The notes beneath the pieces are model-generated. The model was not told the origin of the DNA. It did no database searches and worked only from the letters and a program-made list of their open reading frames with translations. Shown piece by piece: positions 29,856 through 39,190 of a stretch of DNA of 64,000 bases. The stretch comes from an uncultured Alphaproteobacteria bacterium (GTDB lineage: Bacteria > Pseudomonadota > Alphaproteobacteria > GCA-2731375), in NCBI GenBank assembly GCA_951812805.1, contig CATOSZ010000001.1:1600017-1664016 (forward strand). Reading direction: 5' to 3'. Made by a program: the position numbers and the translations under genes. The stretch's first letter is position 1, and each line of letters opens with the position of its first letter.

Positions 29856-30520
29856 CCGCGGTTCTCCATCCCGAAGACGAGGTCGTAACGGCCGGTGACG
29901 ATGTCGCCGGCACCGCGCGCCCGCAAACCCGCCTCGAGGTCGGCGGCGGCGAGCGCGGGGGCGAGCCACTCGGCGCCGATACCCTCGACGATGATTCCCC
30001 AGGGCGCCCAGGCGTTGCCGCCGGTCTCGCCACGCATGCGGGCTTCGGTCGTGTCGGGCATGCTCTGTTCCGCGTCGGCCTCCAGCAGGCGTGTGCGGCA
30101 GATGCCGGACGCCTGGGCGAGGGCCGGCAAAGCCTCCTCCGCCAGCCAATCCCGGGCGTCCTCGCCGGCGCCATAGCGGATGGTGGCGATCGCGCCGCCG
30201 TATTGCGCGCCCCAGGTCTCCCGGACATGGAACACCGTACGCACGGTATTGCGGAAGTGCGGCATGATCCGGTTGGTCCAATCCGTCGGGTTGTTCAGCC
30301 GTTCCCGGTAGGCCTCGCTGGCGAAGACCTCGACGCCCGTCGCCTCGTAGAGTGCCAGGAACCGATTGGCTTGCGCCCCGGGTGCCGTATAGCGCCGGCC
30401 GGAGAGAAAGCCCGGCAGGGTCACTCGTTCGGGCACGTGCTCGCGAAAATACCAGTCCTGGAATTCGCTTTCCGCCTCGGCCGTGATGTCGACCCAGGCG
30501 GCCATCAATGCGTTCGCCAT
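29852..30520 (-). CDS. DUF4286/EthD-like dimeric alpha-beta barrel protein
   Basis: WYFREHVPERVTLPGFLSGRRY, FASEAYRERLNNPTDWT. Confidence 0.7.
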   Translation of the reverse strand: MANALMAAWVDITAEAESEFQDWYFREHVPERVTLPGFLSGRRYTAPGAQANRFLALYEATGVEVFASEAYRERLNNPTDWTNRIMPHFRNTVRTVFHVRETWGAQYGGAIATIRYGAGEDARDWLAEEALPALAQASGICRTRLLEADAEQSMPDTTEARMRGETGGNAWAPWGIIVEGIGAEWLAPALAAADLEAGLRARGAGDIVTGRYDLVFGMENRG

Positions 30521-30650
30521 CACCACGCCTCCATCTTCCTTGCCGGGCGACGGTATCGGGTCGGACGGGGCGGCGCAAACGAGGGCGCGTCGGCGCGTTT
30601 GTTCCGTTGCCGCCGCCGTTCTAGTCTTTTGGTGCGGGGAGGGGGCCGGC

Positions 30651-32579
30651 ATGGCTGGACGCGAGCGGAAGCTGACAACGATCGTGGCGATCGATGTTGC
30701 CGGATACAGCCGGTTGATGCACGACGACGAGACGGGAACATTGGATGGCCTGAACCAGGTCCGCGCCACCCTGGACACGCTCGCCCTCACGCATTCCGGG
30801 CGGTTGTTCGGCTCGGCCGGAGATGGCTTTCTGCTCGAGTTCCCGAGTGTCGTCGAGGCCGTCGGTTTCGCGCTCCGCGCACAAACGCGCAACCAGGAGC
30901 ACCAGGCCGGGTCGTCCGAGGATCGGCGTCTGCTTCTGCGCATGGGCATCAATATCGGCGACGTGCTCGTCGAGGACGAGCAGTTGTTCGGAGATGGCGT
31001 CAATATCGCCTCGCGCCTCGAGGGGTTGGCCGAGCCGGGCGGTATCTGTCTCAGTCGTGCCGCGCGCGATCAGGTCCGTGATCGCCTCGACCTGGAGTTC
31101 GACGATCTCGGCGACGTCGAGGTCAAGAATATTGCCCGTCCGGTTCGCGCGTTTCATGTCCGGGCGGCGCCCGACGTCATCGCGGACCTGGCGCCGAGGG
31201 CTCCCGGCCATGTCGTGACACCGCCTCGACGGCTGCCGGTCCGGGTGCTGCTTGCCGTTGCCCTGTTGATTTTCGCCGCGGCGGCGATCGGGTTCTGGTG
31301 GACGGAACGACCCGACTTCGAGCCCCCGGATCCGTCCAAGTTTGCGTTTGCACTGCCCGAGAAGCCGTCGATCGTCGTTCTCCCGTTCGAAGATCTCTCC
31401 CGGGAAAAGGGTCAGGCCTACTTGGCGAACGGACTGACGGAGAACATCACATCGGTGCTGGCGGCGACGCCGGACATCTTCGTGATCTCCCGGGCCGCGA
31501 CGCCGTCGGCAAAAGGGACGACAGCGGAAATCCGGGAGGCAGCGGAACGCTATGGCGTTAGATATGTCCTGACGGGAAGCGTGCAACGCGAGGAGGATCG
31601 GCTGCGGGTTTCCGTCCAGCTTGCGGATACGCAGAACCGCCGTCATTTGTGGGCCGAGCGTTACGACCGCGAGCTTCGCGATCTGATGGTCCTTCAAGAT
31701 GAAATCGCCGACAAGGTCCTGACCGCGATGCAGGTCCGGTTGAGCCTGGGAAAGAGTGCCGCGACCTGGCGTGAGCAAGTCGGCACCCTGGACAACTATC
31801 TCTTGTTCCTCCGTTGCCGGGAAGAATTCCAGAAGTTCTCCAAACAGGGCCATGCGGATGCTAAAGCCAGCTGCGGCGAGCTCTATTCCCGGCTGCCCGA
31901 TGTCGCTATCGCCAACGACATGATGGCCTACCTGCTCTGGCAGCGTGTCCAATTCGGGCTCAGCAGCGATGCCCGCGGCGACATGGCAAAGTCGCGTGAG
32001 TTCGCCGAGCGGGCATTGTCGCTGGGCGGAGATCGTCGCCCAGCGACGCTGGTCCTGCTCGCGCAACTCGACGTGTACACGGGCAAGCATGATTCGGCGA
32101 TCGCCCATATCGACCGGGCCCTGGAACTCGCGCCCAATCACTCCACGGCTTACACCGTGGGCGGTTTTGTCAAACACGCAAGCGGTCAGGCGGCGGAGGG
32201 TGCCGCCCTGCTGAGGTTCGGCATGCGGATACAGCCTGTCTATCCGACCTTCGTCCCCCGGAACCTATCCTTTGCCCTGCTGGAAATGGGCGATTACGCG
32301 CAGGCGATGGACGTGGCCAAGGGTGTACTGCCGAGAGTGGCCGACAATCCACGAAACAAGGCGATTGTGCTGCGTCTCCTGGCCGCGGCGGCTGTGTTGG
32401 CTGGCGACGAGGACGCGGGGCGCCGCCACATGGACGAAATGCGGCGGATCGACCCGAAATTGACCGTTCAGGGTCAACGAAAACGCGCTTATTTCATGAA
32501 GAATCAAGACTTCGTCGAACGCTACGTCGGGGCTCTCCGTCGCGCCGGCCTGCCCGAGGCGCCGGAAGTCGAAAAATAG
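30651..32579 (+). CDS. Class III cyclase + TM helix + TolB-N-like + TPR protein
   Basis: IDVAGYSRL, SAGDGFL, GDGVNIASRLE, KPSIVVLPF. Confidence 0.88.
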   Translation: MAGRERKLTTIVAIDVAGYSRLMHDDETGTLDGLNQVRATLDTLALTHSGRLFGSAGDGFLLEFPSVVEAVGFALRAQTRNQEHQAGSSEDRRLLLRMGINIGDVLVEDEQLFGDGVNIASRLEGLAEPGGICLSRAARDQVRDRLDLEFDDLGDVEVKNIARPVRAFHVRAAPDVIADLAPRAPGHVVTPPRRLPVRVLLAVALLIFAAAAIGFWWTERPDFEPPDPSKFAFALPEKPSIVVLPFEDLSREKGQAYLANGLTENITSVLAATPDIFVISRAATPSAKGTTAEIREAAERYGVRYVLTGSVQREEDRLRVSVQLADTQNRRHLWAERYDRELRDLMVLQDEIADKVLTAMQVRLSLGKSAATWREQVGTLDNYLLFLRCREEFQKFSKQGHADAKASCGELYSRLPDVAIANDMMAYLLWQRVQFGLSSDARGDMAKSREFAERALSLGGDRRPATLVLLAQLDVYTGKHDSAIAHIDRALELAPNHSTAYTVGGFVKHASGQAAEGAALLRFGMRIQPVYPTFVPRNLSFALLEMGDYAQAMDVAKGVLPRVADNPRNKAIVLRLLAAAAVLAGDEDAGRRHMDEMRRIDPKLTVQGQRKRAYFMKNQDFVERYVGALRRAGLPEAPEVEK

Positions 32580-32678
32580 GACGACGGTGCTGGGCGCGAT
32601 GTCCGCCCCGCCATGACAGCGTGCGACGCCCGGCCTAAGATCGCTGCGCACGACGGCGGACAAGGGAGGACACGCGCC

Positions 32679-33527
32679 ATGGGCCCGGAACTGGTCGACT
32701 ATCTGCTTTACGAGAAGGAGGAGATCGGCATCCTCTGGATCAAGTTCAACCGGCCGGAAAAGATGAACGCGCTCTATGGTACGGCCGAGGCCATGGGCAC
32801 GGTCGCCAAGGTCGGCGAGTACATGCGGGCGGGCGATGATGATCCCGACGTCAGGGTCATGGTACTGACCGGTGTCGGGCGCGGCTTCTGCTCCGGCGCC
32901 GATCTCAAGAGCCGGCCGAGCGAGGACGAGATCGGCCCCAACGTCGACGGCGCGCGCGGTGCGCACGAGGGGCCGGACGCCATGCGGCAGCACTTCTTTC
33001 ATGGCTTCACCAAGCTGCACCGCGATATCTCCCAGGTCCGCAAGCCGACCATCGCCATGATCAACGGCGCCGCCGTCGGCTCGGGCATGGACATGGCGCT
33101 GCATTGCGACATCCGCCTCGGCTGCGAGAACACCCGCTTCATCGGCTATCAGCAGGCCGGCCAGATCATCGAGAACGGCGGTTCCTACTATCTGCCGAAG
33201 ATGGTCGGCCTCGGCCGCGCGCTGGAGTTCGCCTATACCGGCGCGCTGGACGCCGAGCGGGCCTATGCGTGGGGCATGCTGAACCATCTGGTCGCCGCGG
33301 AAGACCTGGAAACGACGACGCGCGAGCTCTGTGGCCGCATCATCGCCCAGCCGCCGCTGGTGCAATGGGTCTCCAAACGGATCATGCGCCAGGCCCTCGA
33401 CAGTTCGATGGAGACGACGACGGTACTGACCTCGAACGCCGGCGGCATCCTGCAAAGCTCGGAAGACGCGACGGAAGCCCGCCGCGCCTTCGTCGAGAAG
33501 CGCAAGCCGGAATTCAAGGGCGTGTGA
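32679..33527 (+). CDS. Enoyl-CoA hydratase/isomerase family protein
   Basis: NRPEKMNA, GRGFCSGADL, INGAAVGSG. Confidence 0.88.
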   Translation: MGPELVDYLLYEKEEIGILWIKFNRPEKMNALYGTAEAMGTVAKVGEYMRAGDDDPDVRVMVLTGVGRGFCSGADLKSRPSEDEIGPNVDGARGAHEGPDAMRQHFFHGFTKLHRDISQVRKPTIAMINGAAVGSGMDMALHCDIRLGCENTRFIGYQQAGQIIENGGSYYLPKMVGLGRALEFAYTGALDAERAYAWGMLNHLVAAEDLETTTRELCGRIIAQPPLVQWVSKRIMRQALDSSMETTTVLTSNAGGILQSSEDATEARRAFVEKRKPEFKGV

Positions 33528-33552
33528 GGACAAACGGAGGAGGAGCATCGTC

Positions 33553-33948
33553 ATGCGCATGGCGGGCAAGAAGGGCATGGTCACGGCGGCGGCCTCGGGC
33601 ATCACGGGGTCGCCCTTCTCGCCTGTGTATTCGGCGGCCAAGCACGGTGTCGTCGGCTTCGTCCGCGCGCTCGCCAAGCGCCACGGCCCTGAAGGGATCC
33701 GGGCCAACGTGGTCTGCCCGGGGACGACGGACACGCCGATGCTGCGCGTCTTCCTGGCCCGACCCGACCAGCAGTCGACGCACGGCATGGACCCTGAGGA
33801 ACTGGTGGCCAAGCGGGCCGGGCAGAACGCGCTCGGCCGACCCGCCCGGCCGGAGGAGATCGCCAACGCGGCTCTTTTCCTGCTCTCGGACGAGGCCTCC
33901 TTCATCACCGGCACGGCGCTTCCCGTCGACGGCGGCAATACCGCATGA
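33553..33948 (+). pseudogene. SDR oxidoreductase with a large in-frame internal deletion
   Basis: The Rossmann start VTAAASGI is fused directly to TGSPFSPVYSAAKHG (YxxxK); only 131 aa versus about 250 aa for a typical SDR. Confidence 0.8.
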
Positions 33949-35174
33949 CGCCGCTTGCCGACATTCGCGTCCTCTCGGTGACCGTCTTCCTGGCCGGTCC
34001 CTTCCTCTCCATGAGCCTGGCTCGCTTCGGCGCCGAGGTGATCAAGGTGGAGATGCCGGGGACCGGCGATCCGATCCGGGGCATCGGGCCCTTCACCGGG
34101 CCGAACGGCATCACGGCGGAGCGGGAAAGCGACGAGGATCTCTCCGTCCGTTTCCTCAAACGCTCCGAAGGGGTGAAGAGCGTCACCCTGAACCTGAAGG
34201 ACGACGAAGGCCGGGCCATGTTCCTGGAACTGGCGAAGCAGGCCGACGTGGTGATCGAGAATCTCTCGCCCGGTTCCCTGACCCGCCTCGGCCTCGGCTA
34301 TGACGAGGTGGCGGCGGTCAATCCGAAAATCATCTATTGCTCCATCGCCGGCTACGGCCAGAGCGGGCCCTACAAGGACCTGCCCGCGCACGACCACCAG
34401 ATCCAGGCGATGAGCGGCATCATGGACATGAACGGGGCCGCCGACGGCCCGCCGACGCGGCTCGGCGTCTTCGTCGGAGATCTGGTAACGCCGCTTTATG
34501 CCGCCTATTCGATCCTGGGCGCGCTGCGCCACCGGGACGCCACGGGGGAAGGACAGTATCTCGACGCCTCCATGATCGACACGCTGGCGACCTTGATGTT
34601 CATGGAGCCGTTGGAACACGTGCTGCACGAGGGCCTGCCGGTCAGGGCCGGCAACGATGCCCGCAACAACGTCACCGGCCTTTACCGGTTGACGGACGGC
34701 GACGTCATCATCACGGCGGGCAGTGCCGGGCGCTGGGAAAAGCTGTGCCGCGCCCTCGGCCTCGACCAGCTGCTGGAGGATCCGCGTTATGCCGGGACCG
34801 AGGGGCGCCAGGCCCATGTCGTCGAACTCCGCGCCGAGGTCCAGGCAAAGCTCGGCCAATATGGTTGCGCGGAGGGTATCGCCCTGCTGGAGGGCGTCGG
34901 CGTGCCGATCGCCCGGGTCCGTACCCTGCCGGAGGTGATCGAAGATCGCCATTTCTGGGATCGCGGCACCTTGAAGCCGATGCGCCGCCACGGTTCGCCC
35001 GAGCCGGTCGAACGGAGTATCATCCCTGGCTTTCCGGTAACCTTTTCCGGCGGCGACCTGCCGGCGCTGGAAGGCGGCGCGCCGCTCGGCGAGCACAACG
35101 ACGATATCTACGGCCGCTTGCTCGGCCTCGATCCGGCCGCGCTCGCAGAGTTGAAGCGCAAGGGCGTCATCTGA
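33945..35174 (+). CDS. CaiB/BaiF family III CoA-transferase
   Basis: LAGPF, GAEVIKVE, ADVVIEN, GYGQSGP, GD catalytic Asp. Confidence 0.9.
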   Translation: MTPLADIRVLSVTVFLAGPFLSMSLARFGAEVIKVEMPGTGDPIRGIGPFTGPNGITAERESDEDLSVRFLKRSEGVKSVTLNLKDDEGRAMFLELAKQADVVIENLSPGSLTRLGLGYDEVAAVNPKIIYCSIAGYGQSGPYKDLPAHDHQIQAMSGIMDMNGAADGPPTRLGVFVGDLVTPLYAAYSILGALRHRDATGEGQYLDASMIDTLATLMFMEPLEHVLHEGLPVRAGNDARNNVTGLYRLTDGDVIITAGSAGRWEKLCRALGLDQLLEDPRYAGTEGRQAHVVELRAEVQAKLGQYGCAEGIALLEGVGVPIARVRTLPEVIEDRHFWDRGTLKPMRRHGSPEPVERSIIPGFPVTFSGGDLPALEGGAPLGEHNDDIYGRLLGLDPAALAELKRKGVI

Positions 35175-35187
35175 GGGAGAAGGCTCC

Positions 35188-36090
35188 ATGAGCGATCTCG
35201 GCGATATCCTGAAGCCGCAGGATGCGGTGCGCCTGGCGACCGGCTATGTCTTTACCGAAGGGCCGCTCTGGCATCCGGGCGGCTTTTACTATTTCAACGA
35301 TATCCGCCCGGGCGCGCTCTATCGGATGGTGCCGGGCGAGACGCCGGCGCTGATCCGCCGTACCGACAACGCCAACGGCATGACCTTCGACCTCGAAGGC
35401 CGGCAGATCCATTGCGAGGGGTTCGGCCGCCGGGTCACCCGGACCGGCGCCGACGGCGTGGTCGAAACCCTGGTCGACCGCTTCGAGGGTCGCCGCTTCA
35501 ACCGGCCGAACGACGTGATCTGCCGCAGCGACGGCAGCCTCTATTTCACCGACCCCTCCTACCGGGTGCCGTTCGCGGAACGGGAACAGCCGGGGCCGGA
35601 GGGGGTCGACGACGTCTGGGGTGGCGCCCGGGTCTACCGGGTCTTTCCCGATGGTCGCATCGAGATCGTCTTCGAGTGCGAATATCCCAACGGCCTCGCT
35701 TTCTCGCCCGACGAGCGCACGCTCTATGTCGCCAACACCCGGCTGACGAAATACATCCATGCCGTCGATCTCGATGCCGAGGGCTGCATGACCGGCCGGC
35801 GGATCTTCGCCGACCTCAGCGCCGGCGACGCGCCGGGCATTCCCGACGGCATGAAGGTCGACGAGGAAGGCCGGGTCTACTGCACCGGCCCCGGAGGCAT
35901 CTGGGTGCACGAGCCGGACGGCCGGCATATCGGCATCATCGAGCTGCCGGAAATGGCGGTGAACTTCTGCTTCGGCGGCGAGGACTTGAAGACGCTTTTC
36001 GTCTGCGCGGTGACCTCGGTCTATACGCTCAGGCTCGAGACGGCGGGCGATCCGCTTCCCTGGTATCGTGTACGTGACACGGCGGATTGA
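35188..36090 (+). CDS. SMP-30/gluconolactonase family protein
   Basis: FTEGPLW, NRPND, PNGLAFSPDE, PDGMKVD. Confidence 0.9.
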   Translation: MSDLGDILKPQDAVRLATGYVFTEGPLWHPGGFYYFNDIRPGALYRMVPGETPALIRRTDNANGMTFDLEGRQIHCEGFGRRVTRTGADGVVETLVDRFEGRRFNRPNDVICRSDGSLYFTDPSYRVPFAEREQPGPEGVDDVWGGARVYRVFPDGRIEIVFECEYPNGLAFSPDERTLYVANTRLTKYIHAVDLDAEGCMTGRRIFADLSAGDAPGIPDGMKVDEEGRVYCTGPGGIWVHEPDGRHIGIIELPEMAVNFCFGGEDLKTLFVCAVTSVYTLRLETAGDPLPWYRVRDTAD

Positions 36091-36105
36091 GATTGATCTG
36101 AAGCG

Positions 36106-36185
36106 CCCGGCCACCCACGCCCCCGGCCCAGCCACCCATGGTGTGTACCCTTGGGGTGGTTGGGCCGGGGGCGTGGGTGGCCGGG
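36106..36185. repeat. Intergenic REP-like palindrome
   Basis: 32-bp arms (36106-36137 and 36154-36185, 31/32); CCCGGCCACCCACG core resembles alphaproteobacterial extragenic palindromes. Confidence 0.7.
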
Positions 36186-36209
36186 ACTCAACTCGAAAGG
36201 ACTGAAAAA

Positions 36210-37436
36210 ATGGACGGCAACGGCACGGCTGCGGCACTCGACGGCATCAAGGTTCTGGATTTCACCCAGTTCGAGGCGGGTCCGTCCTGCACCCAGGCGC
36301 TGGCCTGGTTCGGCGCCGAGGTGGTGAAGGTGGAGGAGCCGACCCGCGGCGAGCCCGGGCGCTGGGGCTTCACCAACAAGCAGGGCGTCGATTCGCAATA
36401 CTTCATCTTCTACAACACCAACAAGAAGAGCGTGACCTGCAACCTGAAGTCGCCCGAGGGCAAGGCGCTGATCGAGGACCTGGTGAAGCATGCCGACGTC
36501 GTCGTCGAGAACATGGCGCCCGGCACCTTCGCCCGCCTCGGCTTCGACTGGGCGCGGTTGCGCGAGCTGAACCCCCGGCTGATCTTCGCCCAGGTGAAGG
36601 GCTTCGCCGCCGACGGCCCGCACGGCGACTTCCTTGCCTTCGACATGATCGCCCAGGCGGCGGGCGGTACCTATGCCATCAACGGCATGCCAAACCAGCC
36701 GCCGGTCCGCCCCGGCCCGACCATCGGCGATACCGGCACGGGCATGCTGGCGGCGATGGGCATCCTCGCCGCGCTGTTCCAGCGCAACGTCACCGGCACG
36801 GGGCAGCATATCGAGCTCGCCATGCGCGACGCCATGGTCAACTACAGCCGTACCTCGATGAGCCGCCAGGCCGCGCTCGAGGATGACAGCCTGCTGCCCC
36901 GCATCGGTAACGAGGTCTTCGGCACGGCGCCCGGCGGCCTCTTTCCCTGCAAGCCCGGCGGCCTCGACGACTGGGCCTATGTCTATACGAGCCGCGGCAA
37001 CGAGGAGCACTGGCGGCGCCTGTGCCGGGCGATCGGCCGCGAGGACCTGCTGGAGGACGAGCGGCTCGGCAACGGCGTGATGCGCTATGAGCACAAGGAC
37101 ATCGTCAACACGGCGATCAGCGATTGGACCAGCCAGCGCACCAAGCGCGAGGTGATGGACATCATCGGCGGCGCGGGCGTGCCCTGCGGTGCGGTGCTGA
37201 ACATGAAGGAACAGCTGGAGGACGCGGATCTGCATGCCCGCGGCATCATGGCGACGATCGATCATCCCCAGCGCGGCGAGATGACCGTGCCGGCCTGGCC
37301 GATCAAGATGTCGGAAAGCCAGGTGCCGATCCGTTCGGCACCGCTGCATGGCGGCGACAACGAAGAGATCTACGGCGACTGGCTCGGCCTGTCGGCCGAC
37401 GAGGTGGCGCGGATGCGCACCGAGAACGTGATCTGA
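36210..37436 (+). CDS. Formyl-CoA transferase-like family III CoA-transferase
   Basis: DFTQFEAGPSCTQALAWFGAEV, IGDTGTGM. Confidence 0.85.
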   Translation: MDGNGTAAALDGIKVLDFTQFEAGPSCTQALAWFGAEVVKVEEPTRGEPGRWGFTNKQGVDSQYFIFYNTNKKSVTCNLKSPEGKALIEDLVKHADVVVENMAPGTFARLGFDWARLRELNPRLIFAQVKGFAADGPHGDFLAFDMIAQAAGGTYAINGMPNQPPVRPGPTIGDTGTGMLAAMGILAALFQRNVTGTGQHIELAMRDAMVNYSRTSMSRQAALEDDSLLPRIGNEVFGTAPGGLFPCKPGGLDDWAYVYTSRGNEEHWRRLCRAIGREDLLEDERLGNGVMRYEHKDIVNTAISDWTSQRTKREVMDIIGGAGVPCGAVLNMKEQLEDADLHARGIMATIDHPQRGEMTVPAWPIKMSESQVPIRSAPLHGGDNEEIYGDWLGLSADEVARMRTENVI

Positions 37437-37467
37437 GGCGACGACGGATTTCCGGAAAGGAAACGAC

Positions 37468-38124
37468 ATGACCAAAATCTGGGGCCGCAACGACGGCTCG
37501 AACGTCATCAAGGTAATGTGGTGCGTCGGCGAACTCGCCATCGCGCACGATCGGATCGACTGGGGCGGCGGCTTCGGCGGCAACGACGATCCCGAATACC
37601 GGGCCAAGAACCCGAACGGCCGCCTGCCGACCCTGGAAGAGGCCGACGGTTTCACGCTCTGGGAATCAGGCGCGATCATCCGCTATCTCTGCGCCAAACA
37701 CGCGGCCGGCACGCTCTATCCGGAAGATCCGCGGGCGCGGGCGGCGGCGGACAAGTGGATGGATTGGAGCTCGCTCAACTTCGCCGGCTTCAACGCGGCC
37801 TACCTCGACTATTACTTCCGGCTTTCGGAGGCCGAACGGGACCCGGAGGCGATTCCGCGCACCGTTGCCGCGCTCCGCCCCCAGCTGGAGATCCTGGAGG
37901 CCCATTTGGGCGAGAACGACTACCTCGGCGGTTCGGACCTGACGATCGCCGATTTTCCGGCCGGCTCCCTGATCGACCGCTGGATCCGCTGGACCCCGAA
38001 CCGGCCGGGCTATGCCAACGTCGAGGCCTATTACGATCGTCTCGCCGCCCGCCCGGCCTACCAGGCGCATGTCATCCAACCGAACGATGCCCGCACCGCC
38101 CAGGCCCAGGCGAGCTGGAGTTAA
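37468..38124 (+). CDS. Glutathione S-transferase family protein
   Basis: KIWGR..SNVIKV, NPNGRLPTL, LWESGAI. Confidence 0.9.
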   Translation: MTKIWGRNDGSNVIKVMWCVGELAIAHDRIDWGGGFGGNDDPEYRAKNPNGRLPTLEEADGFTLWESGAIIRYLCAKHAAGTLYPEDPRARAAADKWMDWSSLNFAGFNAAYLDYYFRLSEAERDPEAIPRTVAALRPQLEILEAHLGENDYLGGSDLTIADFPAGSLIDRWIRWTPNRPGYANVEAYYDRLAARPAYQAHVIQPNDARTAQAQASWS

Positions 38125-38130
38125 TCGGGG

Positions 38131-39132
38131 TTAGATTCCCTCCTCGCGGAAGGGGCGGGCCAACAGGCGTTCGATCTCGCCGGCGAGATCGGCGCCCTCG
38201 TTGCAAATGCGGTGCACGGCCTGGGTGATCGGCATATCGAGGCCGAGCGTGTCGGCCCGCGCCGCCAGTGCCGCCGCGGTCGCCACACCCTCGGTGACGG
38301 CCCGGCGGGGCCCGAGGATCTCGTCGATGGTACGGCCCCGGCCGAGCGCGATGCCGAGGGACATGTTGCGTGACTTCTCGCTTCCACAGGTGAGCGCCAG
38401 GTCGCCCAGGCCGGCGAGCCCCATCAGGGTTTCGGCGCGCCCGCCCGCGGCCAGTGCGTACCGCATGATCTCCGCCAGGCCCCGGGTCATCAGGGCGGCA
38501 CGAGCGTTCTCGCCGAGGCCGGCGCCGGCGACGATGCCGCAGGCGATCGCGACGACGTTCTTGACCGCGCCGCCGATCTCGGTGCCGGTAACGTCGTCCG
38601 TCAGGTAGGGCCGGAAGTGCGGCAGGCCGATAGCGTCGCGAATGGCGCCGCCCTGTTCCCCGTCCGTGCAGGCGAGGGTGACGGCGGCGGGCAGCCCGCG
38701 CGCCAGCTCGTCCGCAAAGGTCGGGCCGGACAGGATGGCGATTCCGCGGCCGGGTAGCGCCTCGGCGACGACCCGGCTCATCGGCCGGCCCGAGGCCCGC
38801 TCGATCCCCTTGGCGGCGATCAGGACCGCGGCATCGGCGGCGATTTCGCCCGCCAGGCGCGCTGCGACCTCGCCCGTCGCCTGGGCGGGTGCGGCGAACA
38901 GCACGAGCTCACGCCCGGCCAGCACGGCGGGATCGGCACTCGCGTCGAGCCGCGGGTCGAGGTCGATTCCCGGCAGATAGACCTCGTTCCGTCGCGTCTC
39001 GACGATCGCCCGGGCGAGCTCGGCGTCCCGCGTCCAGAGCACGACATCGCGTCCCGCCGCCGCTAACAAAGTCGCCAGCGCCGTCCCGAAGGCACCTGCG
39101 CCGACAACGGCGATCGAGGTCATTCCTGCCAT
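38131..39132 (-). CDS. gpsA: NAD(P)H-dependent glycerol-3-phosphate dehydrogenase
   Basis: GAGAFGTALA, SGPTFA, GGAVKNVVAIA, GLGDLALTC..SRN. Confidence 0.95.
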   Translation of the reverse strand: MAGMTSIAVVGAGAFGTALATLLAAAGRDVVLWTRDAELARAIVETRRNEVYLPGIDLDPRLDASADPAVLAGRELVLFAAPAQATGEVAARLAGEIAADAAVLIAAKGIERASGRPMSRVVAEALPGRGIAILSGPTFADELARGLPAAVTLACTDGEQGGAIRDAIGLPHFRPYLTDDVTGTEIGGAVKNVVAIACGIVAGAGLGENARAALMTRGLAEIMRYALAAGGRAETLMGLAGLGDLALTCGSEKSRNMSLGIALGRGRTIDEILGPRRAVTEGVATAAALAARADTLGLDMPITQAVHRICNEGADLAGEIERLLARPFREEGI

Positions 39133-39190
39133 AGCACTACGCCTCCCATCCCGCCTTGTGCTGCATCCATGCGAATCTGCACGCTCCCTC

